A stretch of 64,000 bases of DNA from Setoptus koraiensis (taxonomy: Eukaryota; Animalia; Arthropoda), in assembly GCA_048013815.1 (NCBI GenBank), contig CM106585.1, positions 4,154,001 to 4,218,000 of the forward strand. The letters are read 5' to 3'. Shown here in pieces: positions 61,534 through 64,000 of this stretch. Each line of letters begins with the position of its first letter. Position 1 is the first letter of the stretch. The notes below the pieces were generated by a model that did not search any database, was not told the origin of the DNA, and saw only the letters and a list, made by a program, of their open reading frames with translations. The translations under genes and the position numbers were made by a program.

Positions 61534-64000
61534 TTGTTGTTGTTGTCGTTGCCGTTGTTGTTGTCGTTGTGCCGGAGACAACAGGCCAACAAGGCGCTTT
61601 TGTTGTAGCAAACTGTAGCCGTTGGTTGTTGCTGTTTGCGCTGCTGTTGGCGTTGTTGAGCTGCCAAGGGCTGCCCATTGTTGTTGTTGGTGTGTTTATT
61701 GGTCATGTTGGCATGATGTAGTTGGCCAAAGTGTTACACACACACACACACACACATTGTGGTTGGTGGTCAGCGATAATGGTCGGCGGCTGTCGGCTTA
61801 ACCCGAGCCGGCAACAGCGACAACAACAGCGACAACAGCCGCAACAACAAAAACAGCAACAACAACAACAACGACAGCAACATCCGAACAACAATGGCTC
61901 GCAAGCGGCAGCCAGCATCAAACGATCACAATAATGGAGCCAATCGATAAGGCCAATCGATGAGATAATCTACCTGTGCCGCTGTTGTCGTTCGCCATTC
62001 ACCTGTCCGCCTGTTCACCTGAGTTGTGGTCACTCTGGCTGCTGTGGTCACTCTGGCTGCTGTGGTCACTCTGGTGGTTGCAGTGGTGGTTGCAGTGGCC
62101 GTGTTGTGGCGACACTGCTAAACTGATGCCACAACAACTGACGGCCGAGTAACGGCTCAACTGGCCGCTCGGCCGACGGCTGACCGCTGGACGCACGGCA
62201 GCTGGCTCAATTGGCCGCTGCTGTGCGCAAATATCTTACTTATATCCATGAGCTCATACACAACGTCGGCGTTACGTAATGTCGGCGTTACGTAACGTTA
62301 TGCATACGCCAACGTTATGTGACGACGACGTTGTGCTCAGGCCGACATTGCGCATGCATTGCACAGTAAATATTACATAAGTGGCGACAATATATAATAA
62401 TAATATGGTTATCATTAGTATAACGCATGTATAACCAAATAACTGTCACCTGTCCCTTGGCTTGGCCCTAGCGGACAGGTGAGCCAGCGCAGTGCATGAG
62501 CAGTGGCCAGCGCATGACAGCAATGGCACATTGAGCGGCGGTTGACAGCGGCAACTGTGACAGTTGACAGTGACAGCAAATAATAATCCGCATCCATAAT
62601 GGCGAAATTATTCAACGTTGAGCGCGCCATTGTCGACCTCTCATTACTCTTGCATAATTATCCTTTGTTTAACCTTGTCTGCGACAACTGGCCGCTGGAT
62701 GCTGCCAGCCATACGCATACTCGCCGCTGAGAGGCCGCCAGTGTGTACGCGAAGTGTCAGTTGGTCACTTGCAAAATTTGCCCAGTTTCTTGTGCGAAAT
62801 CTCTCAATTCTCGCACTGGGCAAACTTTACATTTTTATTTTTATTTGCATTTATATTTGTATTTATATTTGTGTCTATATTTGTGTCTATATTTGTGTTT
62901 ATATTTACATCTAAGCGAGCGCAACACAGCAGGCCAACGGGCAGCATAACTGGACAAGTGGGCGCCTCTCAACATACGCTGCTGTTATTATTTTTATTAA
63001 TATTATTAATATTTTTCAAACCGGCCGGCCGTCACAATGTTGTCCGGTTGCGTTGTGCTGTCCGGTTGCGCTCGGTCGTAATCGCTGTTGGGCGCACTGT
63101 CTGGCGTGCCAGAGATGGCCTCATTGCGAGCTCATTGCACAGCAGCGGCAGCAGCAATCAACAACAAACAATAATCATACAATAATAAAAAGACAACAAG
63201 TGGGTGAGCTTAATTATTGCGTAATATCACGATACATTCGTTGCATCATGTGTCAGGCATGATGGATGCGTTGCGTCGGATGCTCCCAATTAGCGCCGGC
63301 TAATACACACACACATGGCGCATTTGGAGGCTCATTTTTGAGCATTCTCGGCCATTTTCGGGCATTTTTGAGCGTTTTTGAGCGCTTCTCGGATGCCTCT
63401 GACAGTGTCTTGTGAGTGTCTCTCACTCGAACACTTTGAGCGGCCGCAAACGTCGCCCGCTCGACACTCCGAGGCGACTAGTAACCCTTACGTAATGACC
63501 AGTAACCCTTACGTAACGCTGTCGCATGACAATCATGAGCAGCAGTCATGAAATGCACAGTTATTGCGGGCGCAACTGGAGTTATGAATGAGCTCATAAA
63601 CAAAATAGTATCGCCTGTCACGTGAAAAGTGTTTGCTGTGTCGCAGGCCGGCCATTGTTGGTGTCGCTAGTGTCGTCTGGGCCACTTCCGCTCGCCCGTC
63701 CGCTGGCCCGTCAAAAGAGTGTTGCGTCAGAGGCTGCCAGCGACAAACAACCGATGACGCATTTATTTATGTGTGATATTTATCACAGTGGCGCTCATTG
63801 TCGTTGCGATGCGACCGCAACAACAACAGCCACAACAACAGCCACAACAACAGCGACAACAACAGCCACAACAACAGCGACATCAACAGCAATCTCGAAA
63901 AACGTTTTTACACTTTTGCATTTGGACTTTTTATTTGGATTTTTGGATTTTGAGGCCAAGTGATGACGAGGACAGTGTGTGCGAGTATCAAGGTAGCGGG

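Noticed and set aside
15000-64000. Hundreds of 60-220 aa ORFs in the intron and upstream region
   Set aside because: Translations are dominated by microsatellite-derived runs (C, L, V, T, Q, HT, RA), many start at TTG/GTG/CTG, they overlap in several frames, and they lack recognisable domains or coherent splice sites.
1-64000. Transposable elements, tRNA, rRNA and snRNA genes
   Set aside because: I saw no transposase, RT or integrase motifs, no terminal repeats with target-site duplications, and no tRNA cloverleaf or U1/U2/U6/5S signatures. Highly decayed or non-autonomous elements cannot be excluded without a repeat library.

Overview
Eukaryotic scaffold window, with spliceosomal GT-AG introns, branch-point consensus sequences and one 500-N gap. 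Gene content and style suggest a small arthropod, probably an acariform mite; this is inference. There are two very different territories. (1) About 1-7 kb is AT-rich, compact and intron-poor. It holds a 3'-truncated multi-pass membrane gene resembling a gustatory receptor (not in the ORF track), TTC7 with its 5' part lost in the gap, PPP1R11/inhibitor-3, a miniature ZNF830-like gene with no zinc finger, and a catalytically degenerate EXD1-like exonuclease. (2) About 8.6-64 kb is more GC-rich and full of microsatellites. It is dominated by one huge minus-strand gene for a roughly 3,270-3,360 aa type-I membrane protein of the pawn / sperm-flagellar-membrane class (signal peptide, Thr-rich DUF4758-like repeats in polyQ/N linkers, EGF-SEA-cbEGF-EGF, TM, short tail). 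I could splice it in frame across six coding exons, including a 21.5-kb intron. That intron holds a symmetric 276-nt candidate cassette exon served by a distant TACTAAC branch point and a 506-nt AG-free zone. The remaining non-coding DNA has no convincing ORFs. It is strongly enriched in TTACGTAA (PAR-bZIP) and ACAGGTGAG (Snail/Scratch-like E-box) motifs, many multiplied by tandem or inverted microduplication, and has several long perfect palindromes and hairpins, including a pre-miRNA-like one. I found no prokaryotic-type system, CRISPR array, transposase, tRNA or rRNA. All motif counts are manual minimum counts.
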